A stretch of 64,000 nt of DNA from Takakia lepidozioides (lineage: Eukaryota; Plantae; Bryophyta), in assembly GCA_030704615.1 (NCBI GenBank), contig CM060732.1, positions 22,568,001 to 22,632,000 of the forward strand, in the 5' to 3' direction. The notes below the pieces were generated by a model. That model made no database searches and was not told the DNA's origin. It was given only the letters and a program-made list of their open reading frames with translations. Shown piece after piece: positions 36,285-49,040 of the stretch. Within the stretch, counting starts at the first letter, position 1. Each line of letters opens with the position of its first letter. Made by a program: the position numbers and the translations under genes.

Positions 36285-37077
36285 AGGTAAGTTCACACAT
36301 GTGGTTAGCCTTTGATAACCCGACTATTATGTACCTCCGTTCACACATACAGGCATTTATTTGTAGTTTGGTGACGTGGATTGGGCTATCACCACGCCTA
36401 TCACCATGTGATAGCAGGGGCGGGAGAAGTTAAACAGGTCATTAAAAATCATGCAAATCGTAGATTCCCGTAAATTTGAGCCCCTAGCAGCGGCGGTAAA
36501 GTATCAACTTGAAACTAGTGTGGTAAACTAGTGGAGTGAGCAGTATCCCGTCGCTAGCCTTGAGCAGTCTCCTCTTGCAAGCACTCCTTCGCAATAGAAT
36601 TTTGTGCTTTCAAAGCATTTCAGTTACTATGGCTTCAAATTCCGAGAGATCACAGGCAACAGAAAGCTTGGAAGTCAGGGGTTGTGATCAGGGTGGAGGT
36701 CGGGGTGGCAGCAAAGGAGGGCGCAATGGAGGAGAACTTGCAATTCCACGGCAGAGACACCAACTGGGAGAATAGTGAAATCCTAGCTCTCATTGCATGC
36801 AAGCATGTAGAACATGTAGCACAGAGAGAGGTCATTGATCCAAGAGCGCATATGATCCCTGCTGCGTAGCGATGGGAGAAAATTGCTGAAGAGTTGCAAA
36901 AGAAGACCAAAATGAGATTCCCTAGAAATATAATCAATAATATGAACTTGTACACTCTCGGTTTCCAATATTTTTAAGTTGAAATGGCCAAGGACAAATG
37001 GAATGCACTCAACTCCGATTATAAAAAGATTGTTGACTATCACAAAAGGTCGGGTAATCATATAGCTTGCTTCTGGG
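36285..37077 (+). mobile_element. PIF/Harbinger-like element left part with a degenerate Myb/SANT (trihelix) ORF (~36629-37077), cut by a copia insertion
   Basis: TAA|AGGTAAGTTCACAC terminus. Across frames: NWENSEILALI...*RWEKIAEEL...KDKWNALNSDYKKIVDYH. Confidence 0.6.
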
Positions 37078-40000
37078 TGTTGAGTATTTTAGTCAAAGAA
37101 GATCGACGTAGTCTAGATCTGTAACGGGGTCGAAGAACAGATCCGATCAATGGCTCTACTCAATATGTGAAGTAGGAGCCTAATTTAGTGTCCAGACCAC
37201 TCCGCCAGTCGCCACTAGATAATCATGAAAAGAGTAGTGCTTCCATGCTCTCTGATACTTAGGACTATTATATTATGCTTGCTTCGGGTTTAATGAAGCA
37301 GACTTTAGATATCTCATTTCTCCTTCATGATTCCTAACATGGTATCAGAGCAGGTTAGTTGATAGGGTCTCTTAGAAGCTGACATTGTCAGTAGAACTCT
37401 TCGTAGTATTCTAAGTTTCCTCGAGTCAATATGGCCCATGGGGAGAGTAGCATGTCTGAGAGCTCCAAACTGGGAAGACAATCCAATTATAGCACGTGGA
37501 AATTCCGTGTATCCAGTTTGCTAGAGAGAGATGAGCTCATAGATGTAGTTGAGCCAAATGCCGATGGCATCTTTATGCTGATTGAGGAAGAATTCCAGGC
37601 TGACCGGGATCGGAGGAAGAAGAAGGCTCTAGCGATTTTTAGCCTATCCGTGAAAGATGAAATCGTGCCGCATATTGCTGGGATCACTGATCCAGCGCAG
37701 ATGTGGCAAACTTTGAAGGACCTGTTCGAACAGCGAAGTAGTACGCGACGTCTGTTACTCAAGACCAAGCTCACAAATCTTCGATTGGAGGAAGGAGGTT
37801 CAGTTGCCAATTACTTCAAGTAGCTAAAGGACCTCATCAACCAGCTAGCTAACATTGGTGAGGTGGTGCGAGAGGATGAACTCGTTGAGCAAATTCTTGT
37901 TACATTTCCCGAGAGCTGTGAATCTCTTGCCGACACGCTGATCTACCATGCTAAACTTCCCACTCTTAGCGAGCTAACGGGCATTTTACTACACGATGAG
38001 GCTAAGAAGGAAATCTGAGGGAAGAAAACAGAGGACGAGGCTCTGTTCATCAAATCCAAATTCAACAAGGCCAAGGTCTATGACAAGAATCGTAAAGGTG
38101 GTGGAGCAAAACAGGAGGGAAGTTGCAACTTTTGCGGCAATCCAAACCACTAGATGCGCACATGTGTCGAACTTTCAAATGAAATCAAACGCCGAGCAAC
38201 AGAGTGTGAACGTAAGGTGAACAGTGTTAATCTTGTGGAGGAAGGGAGCGATGAAGAAATCGACAATTTCCATGAATGCAACGATGCACCGAGAGAACTA
38301 GCTGCAGACATCTTGGAACTAAATTTGGCTGAATACGACAAATCCAATTGGTACGTGGATAGCGGCGCTACCAAGCATGTCACTAGCAATGAGAATTTGC
38401 TTAGTGGTGTCAAGAAAGCACATGAAAATGTCAAGGTCAAAACCGCTGGAGGAAACTCTCACGATGTTGCAGGGGTGGGCAACATTATTCTCTCTCTAAA
38501 AAATACTGCAATAAAAAAAGAAGTTTTGTACGTTCCGGGTGTATCAAAGAATTTATTGTCTGTCGGTACATTAGCAGATTAGGGATTCCAACTTCTTTTC
38601 AACGATCAGCATGTCTATCTCTTGAATGCTTCCTTCAAAGTTCTAACCAAAGGGACTCGAGATCAATCAAACGGTGTGTACAAACTGACTGTGTCTAGGG
38701 AATTCTTCTTGGGATCAGTGACTAACACAATCAATCTCAGTAGAATCTGGCATCTTAGGTTTGGGCATTTAAATCACAAAAGCTTACATATGATGCATGA
38801 AACGGGTCTCGTCACCAGTCTACCAAAGATTTCTCCTGCCGACTCAGCATGTTAGGCTTGTGCACTAGGTAAGCAGAGTCGTCAGAAAGCTCCCAGGAAG
38901 AGTTTACACCGTAAAGTCCAACCTTTTCAACTGATCCATACAGATTTGCGTGGACCATTTTCTATCAAATCTTTGTCTGGGGCTTACTACGTTTTGACCT
39001 TTATCGATGACTACAGTCGCTTTGGCTTGGTCTACTTTCTTCGGAAGAAAAGTGAGACACTCACTCATTTCCAGCATTTTCATGCGAAGTTCTTGAGACA
39101 ATTTAACATGTCAGTCAAAGTCTTACGATCAGACAAAGGAGAGGAATACAATTCTCTCTTATTCTCTAGTTTTTGCAAAGAACACGGCATTGAGAGGCAG
39201 TTCACGCAAACTAACACACCGCATCAGAACTGGGCACGGGGTAAAATGTTGTCTCAATGAGTGCATTATCTCCCTCTCTCTCTACCTGTAACTCAGTCCA
39301 GATGAAGGGAACCCATGTGCCCGGTTGGTGGCAAGACAGTGAGGATAATGTACAGTTTCTAATCAAGTTTCTTGTGTAGTTTTTTCCAAAGATAACAACC
39401 CCTCATTTTGCGCCATTTGAGTTAAGAGACTGAAGACAATGCTGATCTGTGACAATTTCAGTAATCAGAATGGTATGGATTGGAAAAGTTGTCGATGGTT
39501 CCTCTGGAGAAGTCGATTGCTTAACTCTGGATGACCTGATTTATTGGTTGCCAGTCAGATAACTGGTTGGCTGCAGGAATTTCTAGTTGCTTCTTTTTTT
39601 GCATTGCCTTTTACACAAGGGTAACACATGAAAGACAAATCAGGCTGTTTCCATAAGTTGATATACTAATCAAATGTGTTGTTACAGCCTTGTGCCATTT
39701 GGTGGAACAAATTGGAACAGATAGTGAGGCGGGTCTCAACGGAGGCATACTCGCCTTCTCTCTGAACTCCCACCTGGCAATACTTCCTATAATCAGGTAT
39801 GGGGAGAGGTGTACTTCAACCTAACCACATCACGTTGGTTTGTGGGGGCAAAGCATGTGCGAGCATGGCAGCGGGCTGGAAAAGGGCAAAGACTTCCATG
39901 GTGACATCTTCAAAGCTGGAATTGTACCAGGTATCATTCTAAGCATTGCCCTGGTGGACATGTATGCCAAATGCGAGCATGCTAGCTCTGAAAAAGGGTG

Positions 40001-42838
40001 CAAACTTCCATGGTAACATCGTCAAAGCTGGAATGTACCAGATGTGATTCTGAGCACTGCCCTCGTGGACATGTATGCCAAATGGGAGGGAGGTCCTGAA
40101 AGAGGAATGATGACCCCAGATTGATCAGTTTTATTTGCCTCCTGTGAAAGGTTAAAAAAATATTTAAAGATATCTTTATGCTCTCACGGACCAATCCGAC
40201 AGTACCTGACTACAGACCAAGCAGCACACACAAGAGGTTCTTTGGGTTGATCGGTCAAATCCTCCATGGGTCATGACACGTCTTCAGGCCATTGGCATGT
40301 CGGACATTTACTATCTCCTTTACCTCTCTACATCTGGTTTTGTGCAAAGATAGACTCCCCAACTTGAGTTTAAATTTCAGGTCTGGTGTATAATTTATTC
40401 CGAGCCACCCCTGCAGATTTCAGTGTTAGGAGTGGCAACCCCTATATTCTCTTGGAGTCTGTTGGAACAAGGAAGGCTGATGCTACTGGCTGTTGAGGTT
40501 GTTGGATTAATTCTAATCCAAGCACACCTGATTCGTCGTTATGGCAATTGCAAGGCAAGTGCACTCACGCTGAGGTGCTCACCAAGTGTACTTCCGAGCA
40601 ACTTTGCTGAAGTAATGCAAATTTTTTGACATGGAATTGTTGATGAAGAAGACATGGCACACAGGGTATGTGATGGCTGGCTATAGTGCACAAGTGGCAT
40701 ATTATCCAGTATGTCAAACTGCAGCGTGTTGCAGGGCTCTCAGGTCCACGATCAAGATAAAATTTTGGTTATGTTATTGATTCATGGCACCAAGAGGCCT
40801 CATTAGTCCACCTCAATAGTACAACATATCTCACTAGTGGGTGTGGTGAGGGCAGTTGGAAGACAGGAGATGCCGTGGCTAAACATCGTGGATTGAGGGC
40901 AGAGATCATATATGTCCAGAAAGTGCAGGAGCAGACTAGTGCATGCTGCAAATAATTCTGCTAAGGTGAGAAGTGTTTTCATACCTTTCTCAAAACTTCC
41001 TCCCATATCTCTCTCTCTCTCTCCCTCCCCTCTTGTTTCACTTAGAAACAGAACCTTGTTAGAAAAGGCAAGAAGTCTGGCCTTCGGTGTTCATTTCCCA
41101 GCTGCTCTTTGGGCCGAGGCCATCAACACTGCAAATTATCTGACAAATATATCTCCTACCAGGGCAAATGATGATGTCACTCCCTATCAAAAATTATACG
41201 GACAGGTCCCTGATGTCAAACATCTTAGAGTCATTGGCTGTGAATGTTTTGTTTACGTTAACACTCAGAAGTCCAAATGGTCACCGATGTCCAGGAGCTG
41301 TGCACTGCTAGGATACGATACATCCACGAAGGGCTATAGATGTTTCTGTCCAGAGTTGAACAAAGTTACAGTGTCAAAAGATGTCATTTTTTCTAAAGAC
41401 CCGGTTACAACCAGAACAACGATTGAGGACCCTGGAACAACTGTATTCTGCCACCTACCGGCGACTCCAATATTACCGGACCAACCAGCGGAACAACAAG
41501 TTGACGTACCCTATTTCGACCAAGGCGTTGAAACTCCTCAAAATGACACTGAACATTCAACACATGCTGAATCTACGAGCAGTGATGATCGTCATGCCTC
41601 AGGTGACAGTGAAAGCTCACCCTGTCATTCAGTCAATGTTTCAGGCTGTTTTGTTGATCAGTCTGAACAAGGTCAATTGGAGGAGGTGTTGCCTGTAGAG
41701 CCTGAAATTCACACTCGTGCTAGCCGCCATGTCAGGCCACCCAAGCGGTTCAATGATTTTGTTATGGGGTTGTCTGAATCTACGATTACTGAACCTACGA
41801 GTTTTTCTGAAGCTTCCCAGATACCCGGATGGGTTGAAGCTATGGAACAGGAGATTAGTTCCATACATAAGAACAAAACTTGGGTACTAGAGGATTTGCC
41901 CCCTGGTCGAAAACCAATCACAACTAAATGGATTTACAAGTTGAAAACCCATGCGGATGGCACCACATCAAAACTGAAAGCGCGCTTGGTTGCTCGTGGA
42001 TTTCAACAGCGCGAAGGGGAGGATTTTGAGGAAACCTATGCCGCGGTTGCCAAATATAATACTTTGCGTGCCATCACTGCACTGGCTGGTCATAATGGAT
42101 GGTCAATCTACCATCTTGACGTGAAGACTGCCTTTCTAAATGGCGAACTCTCTGAGGAAGTTTTTGTACAACAACCAGAAGGGTTTGAAGAAAAAGGTAA
42201 AGAGGAAAAATATGCAGATTACGCAAAGCATTGTACGGACTACGCCAGGCACCTCGTGCCTGGTATACTAAGATCGATGAATACTTGCAAAAACAAGGAT
42301 TGAAGAAAGGCATCGCTGATGGCAACCTGTATTATTTTCACGAAGGTGACAAGGTGGTTCTTTTAATTTTTTATGTCGATGATGTTTATCTCACTAGTAA
42401 CCATGCTACTAAGCTCCAGTGGATTAGAACATAAATTCAGAAGAGATTTGAGATGACAGACTTGGGTTTGCTGAGTCACTCATTAGGGCTGGAGTACTTT
42501 TTTCAGCCAGATGGTATTACTATCACGCAGAGAGGATACGCATCACAGATGTTGAAAGAATTTGGGTTTGCTAACTGCAACGCTGTAGCTGTACCTATGC
42601 TACAAGGACTTAAGCTCATGCCAGACATGGGGGCTTCCACAGTCGATGCACAAATGTACCAACGAATGATAGGGAAATTGAATTTCCTGACACAAACCCG
42701 ACCAAACATTTCTTTCGAAGTAAATATGGTGAGTAGGTTCTCGAACCAACCCCAAACTCCACATCTGGATGTTGTGAAGCACTTGTTTAGATACATATCA
42801 AAGGTACGGTGGACTTTGGTATTTGCTATCGTCGAGGG
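37078..42838 (+). mobile_element. Ty1/copia retrotransposon, degenerate: 5' LTR 37078-37339, PBS, gag-PR-IN-RT; interrupted within RT
   Basis: LTR TGTTG...CTAACA, PBS TGGTATCAGAGC at 37340-37351, NYSTWKF, CNFCGNPNH, WYVDSGATKH, IWHLRFGH, FIDDYSRF / RSDKGEEY, KARLVARGF, LDVKTAFL, YVDD. RNase H and 3' LTR are not in the window. Confidence 0.93.
39231..41042 (+). other. ~1.8-kb foreign insertion in the copia integrase, containing PLS-class PPR gene fragments
   Basis: Integrase reads TPHQN | insert | RNRTLLEKARS with the GxAER codons lost. The insert encodes LEKGKDFHGDIFKAGIVPGIILSIALVDMYAKC (~39878-39978) and a second copy (~39988-40085). Confidence 0.7.
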
Positions 42839-43019
42839 AGTGCAGCTACGGCGTGAGCCTAGCCGCGTGAGCCCAGGAGCTCGGCTCACGCTTTGCCCTC
42901 TAAGTGTGAGCCCAGGGGTTTAGTGGAGGAAGAAGCAGGCCCCATACCCGAGTCCTCTGTTTAGAGAGGGTCCTATTGTCGTGGAAGCAGTTATAGCGCT
43001 TAAAAAAAGAGGTATAGAA

Positions 43020-44003
43020 AAAATGGAATGGTCATTGTGAAACTTACTGAGGTTTTCTTATTGAAGAAGAGGTGAAAAAAAAGGCTGGGTGAGTCATCAT
43101 GAATCTTACTTAGGGATTCTTGCATGAACAAGAGGCAAGAAAAGTTTGGATGCTCATTGTCAAGCTATCTGACGTTTCTAGTATTTCATCCATGGTGGAT
43201 GGATGATAGATGGATGGATGAAATATTGAAGGAGAGGATTAAAATAATGAGGATGGGCAAGAACAGGCCCCAAAATATGACCACTCATTGTGAAACAGTC
43301 AATGGTTTTTATTAATGTAGATGAGGTGAAAATTTGATAGATGACCATCTTCAAGCTTATTTAGGCTTTGTTTGTGAAGAAGATGTGTAACAAAATGAGC
43401 GGTTTATTGTGGAACTTGTTCAGGTTTGTGTTATTGAAGATGAGGTGAAAAAAAAAACACATGGTCATTGTGATTGCTTATTTAGGGTGTCTTTGTGAAG
43501 AAGAGGTAAAAAAAAACATTGAGCTATCCTTGTGAAACTTGTTTAGGATTCTGTTATTGAAGAAGAGGTGAAAAAAAAATCAGATGGTCATCATGAATGC
43601 TTATATAGGGTTTGTTTGTGAAGAAGAGGTGAAAAAAAAAATTAAGCTCTATCATTGTCAAACTTGTTCAGGTTTCTGTTATTGAAGAAGAGGTGAAAAA
43701 ATTGAGCTCTCATTCTCAAACTTATTAAGGTTTCTGTTATTGAAGAAGAGGTGAAAAAAATATTAGATGGTCATCATGAATGCTTATTTAGGGTTTGTTT
43801 GTGAAGAAGAGGTGAAAAAAAAGTTGAGCTCTATCATTGTCAAACTTCTTCAGGTTCCTGTTATTGAAGAAGAGGTGAAAAAAAAACTAGATGGTCATCA
43901 TGAATGCTTATTTAGGGAATAAATTAGGGATTGTTTGTGAAGAAGAGGAGAAAAAAAAAACTTGAGCTCTACCATTGTCAAACTTCTTAAGGTTTCTGTT
44001 ATT
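43020..44003 (+). repeat. ~60-bp alternating (~120-bp dimer) GAAGAAGAGGTGAAAAAA tandem array, left part
   Basis: More than 12 units; continues after the gypsy insertion at 54390. Confidence 0.9.
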
Positions 44004-44289
44004 TGTCGTGCACCTAAGCATCGTGCCACAACATACATCGTTGTCCATCATACATTCTAAGCACACAATCCTAGAAAGCTATGCCACAATCGCCCCCCTA
44101 GCTGGTGCTTAGGTCCCTCTAACACCGGATAGCTGACAAGTATCCATCTCAATAAGATCATCATTTGGTCTTCAATTGCACAAGTCCCAACACCTGCAGT
44201 CGATAGATCAAGAGGCCGGGTGCAAACGTAGCCCCATCGTTAGTCGCCTTCATGCAATCCATGATCTTCAGTTGAGTATCCATGGCATT

Positions 44290-44700
44290 GAAGCCCCATT
44301 AGCTAGACCTTGGATCACTTGTCCGCCTCACCATTGCTGCCAAACTTTGGCTCATTTTCTGGCTTTTGACATTGACTGATTTTACTTTGGCCATGAATCT
44401 ATCTGTTGGGTTCTGATTGACTAAACCTGCTTGTTGCCAAGCGTGGATAAGTCCCAGCTTGAAGGGGGGCAATGTAAGGAGGATACTGTTGAGTTTGTAC
44501 ACCCCTCTACCGGGCCTACGCTGTATATCTGGGATATTTATCTCCATTGCAATTGGTGCATGGTCGAATCCCACAGAACAGGGGACAATGGCCCTGGAAT
44601 TTATTAATTGGATGGATGAAGGTACAAAGAAATGGAAAGCAAAGAAAGGGGAATGGGGCCTTATCCATCCATGACCACTCACCGGGGTCAAACTGCAAGC
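44290..44700 (-). mobile_element. LINE (L1/Tx1) fragments within the gypsy 3' region
   Basis: DHAPI...RRPGRGVYKLNSILL (endonuclease C-terminus), and GLQFDPGEWSW resembling SLQLDPAEWSW of the 27190-28269 LINE ORF. Confidence 0.6.
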
Positions 44701-44860
44701 CAGAGGCATCGTGGACACAACCATTCTCCGATATGGACCTCCTCAAGTGGCGGTGTCAATCATCCCATGTGCCACCCCCTTGAGCATTTGTCACACACCA
44801 ACATGGTTGCGGCGCCACCAACATGCCCACATAGCATGCAACGCAACCCTACAGGTACCA
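44700..44860 (-). other. PHD finger at the integrase C-terminus
   Basis: CMLC...MLVCDKCSRGWHMG*LTPPLEEVHIGEWLCPRC: C4HC3 pattern with one Cys mutated to a stop. Confidence 0.85.
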
Positions 44861-47800
44861 CTGCAAGGTTGGGATCTATCCTCCCATCCACATGTGGAAG
44901 GTGACATGGCGCACAATTGCGCACATGGTCCTTCCATACCATGCCGTCTCGACCTTCCATAATCAACACTCCTGAAGGCAACACCTCCCTGACCCTTAGA
45001 ATCACACGTCATTCTGTGACATCCAAGGTCGTAGGCGCTGTCTGCTGCAGATACACATAGTCCCCAGGGTGGAAACGCCGAACACTTGGCCGATATCCCC
45101 CTCCACGTATAGTGGCATACCTCAATGTGTCTCGGTGTTGGCCAATAGCAAGGTTCTCAAAAGCCATAGGCATGACTCTCTTGAATAACCCTGCCCGCTG
45201 GGCACATGCTTGTATCCACACAATCTGGATCATCAAGGTTAAGAACTATTGCAGCCTCCCTGCGAATAGATGCAAGCAAATCCGGCTCTCAGTCGAAGAG
45301 AAGAAAGTAAGGTGAGAATGAGGCAAGTGAAGCTTGTTTGCTGAACATATAGCCCATAGCTAGCCAAGGCAGCTGAAGGTCCCAATCTCCTAGGTGTCCC
45401 TTCTGCAAACCGTACTTGCGCAAACCTCTCTTGACTGTCTGAAACAACTCTCTCCGCCAAGCCATCAGCCTCGGGATGATCTCGAGAAGTAGGGCGTTGA
45501 TCTATTAAGGCTTGCTCACACAAAGCCTGAAACTCCCCCAAGAATTCTCTCCCCTGGTCCGTGAGTACCTCGGCTGGAGCACCAAAATGGCTAAGCACTC
45601 GATCTAAGAATGCATACGCAGCCCCATCACTTGCCTTGTCAGGCAATGCCACCAGTTCAATCCATTTGGAGAAGTGTTCCACCATCACCAACACATACTT
45701 GTTATGGCGAATCATCAGTGGCAATAGGCCTGCGAAGTCAAGACTCCAACGATAGCCCAAACCCATAATGGGTAAAGGATGCAATTGTGGAGTAGGGGAG
45801 TTGAAAGAAGCTCGCACTCTATCACACACCATGCACCTTGTCACTAACTGTTGCACATCCGTGTGGATGCCCCGCCACCAATACTGCCCTTGCAGCAAAC
45901 TATGAGTGCGCCGCACCCCAAAATGTCCCAACTCCTCATGGGCATGGCGTACCAATCGCGCTCGTTGTGTTGGATGAGGCACAATCCTCACTCGTCCATC
46001 CTCCAATACCCAGAGTAGGTGAGTCCTTTCCCACTTGAACCTCTTGGCTCGTTGTAGGATCCGATCTCTCTCCTTAGCAGTCACACTAGCTGTTGTCTCT
46101 CATGTACAAAGGTAGGCCAACACTGCTGCATCTTTATGCACATCCTTAGTACCACCAAGCTCCTCATTGATCTCCGGATCGTCATGCACATCTCCTCATC
46201 CGTCTCACCATGCCACCGAGCTCCAGTATCATCATGCTCGCTCATGCATGGATTACGACTCAACCCATCTGCATCCCGATTGACTATACCGGCTCGATGC
46301 ACCACCTGGAAGTCGTACTCTTGAAGCATAAGTGCCCACCGTGCAAGCTTCCTTGTAAGCTTGTCTGACTCCATCAATCACTTCAATGGTTGGTGATCCA
46401 TGACAAGGGTGAAGAGGTTGCCATAGAGGTAGCAACTGAAATGTGCCACTGCCCATACCGCAGCTAGACACTCCCATTTATATGAGCTATACTTCGCCTC
46501 GGCATCATTGTTCGAGCGGCTGACATATGCCACTACGAACTCTCTTCCCTCGTCATCCACCTGTGTGAGCACTGCTCCAATCCGTATGTAGCTGGAAAGG
46601 CCGCCCCCGAATAGGCCGCCTCAGAATAGGTGCAGAAGTCAATCGAGCCTTGAGTTCCTCAAAGGCTTCCTCCTGTTCCTCCTCCCACTGCCATTCCTGA
46701 CCCACCTTGGTCAACTTGGTAAGAGCCTTTGCAATGCTGCTAAATCCCTTGACAAACCGTCGATAGTAGTTTGCCAACCCCATGAAAGCACAAACTCTGC
46801 TAACATCTATGGGGCATGGAATGCGTGCAATGGCCTCCACCTTCATCTTTTGAATACCCAATCCTCCAGGGTATATCATGTGGCCAAGATACTCAATCTG
46901 GTTGTGGAAGAACTTGCACTTCCCAGGGTGCAATTTCAACCCGTGCGCTCTCAAGCGCTCAAACACCACCTGAAGGTGTCTCTCATGCTCCTCAACCGTA
47001 GCACTAAAGACGATGATGTCATCAATGTAGCACCGGGCGAAGTCTAGCCCCCCGAGAATCCTATCCATGACCCTCTGAAACTCTGCAGGAGCATTCTTCA
47101 GCCCAAATGGTAAGAACCGCCATTGGTACAAGCAATCCTTCCCATGTTGGTCAATCCCCCAGAATGTCGTCTTTTGCTTGTCAGCCTCTTTGACTGGCAA
47201 CTGGTGGTAACCGGATCGCAAGTCCAATGTGCTAAACACCTTTGCATGCCCAATGGCATCAAAGATCTCCTCTGGAGTTGGCATGGCATATCTATCGGAC
47301 TTAGTCTGACGGTTCACAGGACGATAGTCCCCACACATCCTTCTTTCTGTCCAATTGCCATAGATATCCTTCTTAGCTGGCATCGCCGTTGCCGAGGCAT
47401 ACTCCCCGCCTGACAACTCTACCAATCCAGCTTCGAACAACTCCATAGTCCGTGACTGGATCAATGACCTCTCCATGTCACTATACCGGTAGGGCCTTTG
47501 AAAGATTGGCGTGTCACTTGCCAAATCAATACGAATCTCCTGACTCTTCAAACTCCCCAAATCCTTCAAACCGAAGGCAAAACAATTTCTATAAGCCCTT
47601 AGAAATCGTTGGATCCTCCGTCTCTCTCCTCCGGTGACTGTAGGTCCAACATCTGGTTCCCAATTGTCCTCAGTGACTGCAACCTTGGGTACACCAGGCT
47701 TCGAGGTAGGAGACGAATCCTTTGGTTGCTAGAGAGCAACCTCTTGGGCCTTGTCTACCCAATCTGACTGTGGCGTAGCCTCCACTTGCTCCGCCATAGC

Positions 47801-48099
47801 CACCTTGAGAACATCCTCTGAGCAAGAAACATTCTCAACCTCTTCAAAAACCTTGGCTACCTTGGCCTCCAACTGATCCTCAGTGTATGGCTCTCCCCAC
47901 TCCTCATATTGCTGCTTGAGAGATCCAAGGACTCTCTCTTTCCGCATCTCATCCCACATCTGCCATGGGTGTTTGCACCCCATGATCCTGTGCTCACCCC
48001 CACTCACTGCCTCAACCGTCCCGGTTGGCAGAGAGGATATAATATCAAATGGGAGTGCAGAAGTAGCCACCACTGTCTGCAACCTCCGTTGCTCAGCCA

Positions 48100-49040
48100 T
48101 ACACAAGCTAATGATCCATGTCAAGCAATTTAGATCCATTGCTTGACCCAACACATGTCGGCGTGATGCCTCTGACAGAGCTGGCACAGCTGTAGTGCCC
48201 ATGGCAAATCCCATTGCCCGCTCTCGCTCATCTGCATTGGGCTCCACCAATTGCTGTAGCACACTGTCCCAAATCAACCCAGGACCATTATCTCGAAAAG
48301 CATGAGACGAGGGAAAGCTCATGAGCGTAGGCAAGGCCGCACGTGGCTGCCCCACTCGATTGACCACTGCTAGAGGTGGACGGTCATCATGTCGCACCCT
48401 CTGTGGTTGCCTCCCTTGGTCCAAAATTCCCTCAACCGTGAGATTGGGTGGCCGTTAAATGGAATCATATGCTCTCTTGAGCAGCTCTGGTGGTGCAAGA
48501 TTGGTCCACCACAATCGGGGTTGATGCGCGTGTGATCCACCGCTGCTGCATCCAATAGCACCGCCGATCCAATCCAAGACCGCACCTGATGCACACTGGC
48601 CATTACCCTGGCCCAAGGATCCCCCATAAGAGGAACATTCTCCAAGATATAGCCTAGAGGTTACACTTGCCTCGTCTGCAAGTCCCGCAAAACTCGTAAC
48701 ATCTCCCAAAACAAATGCGATCGTGCATCATGCAAGTCATTCCCATGACCTGCGGGAGAGTGTCCTTGGCAAGGCCATCCAGCTATCACCAAGTCAATGG
48801 CACCATGCCGGTCCAAATCATCCGCCCCCAGCATGGTAATGTCTGGTACCCTTGAATTGCTGAGAGAGGCAGCAACTCAGGGTACTGGTGTGTGAGCAAG
48901 GCAACGTGACGCATAGAGATACGCTGAGCTATCTCATCCTTCTCCACATACAAGTACTTTCGTACTTTAACCCCAGCTTGCAACACTCCTGCAAGCCCAG
49001 TGCTCATGCCTCCAAACAGGTCTAGTAAACAAATCCTTGA
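48100..49040 (-). pseudogene. C5-cytosine DNA methyltransferase domain embedded in gypsy pol
   Basis: Motif I LLDLFGG, II YVEKD, III DI, IV DLVIAGWPCQG (GWPCQG at 48780-48763), VI YILENV, VIII AHQPRLWWTN, IX ERERAMGF, X LGQAMD, in canonical order. Two frameshifts and two stops. Confidence 0.9.
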
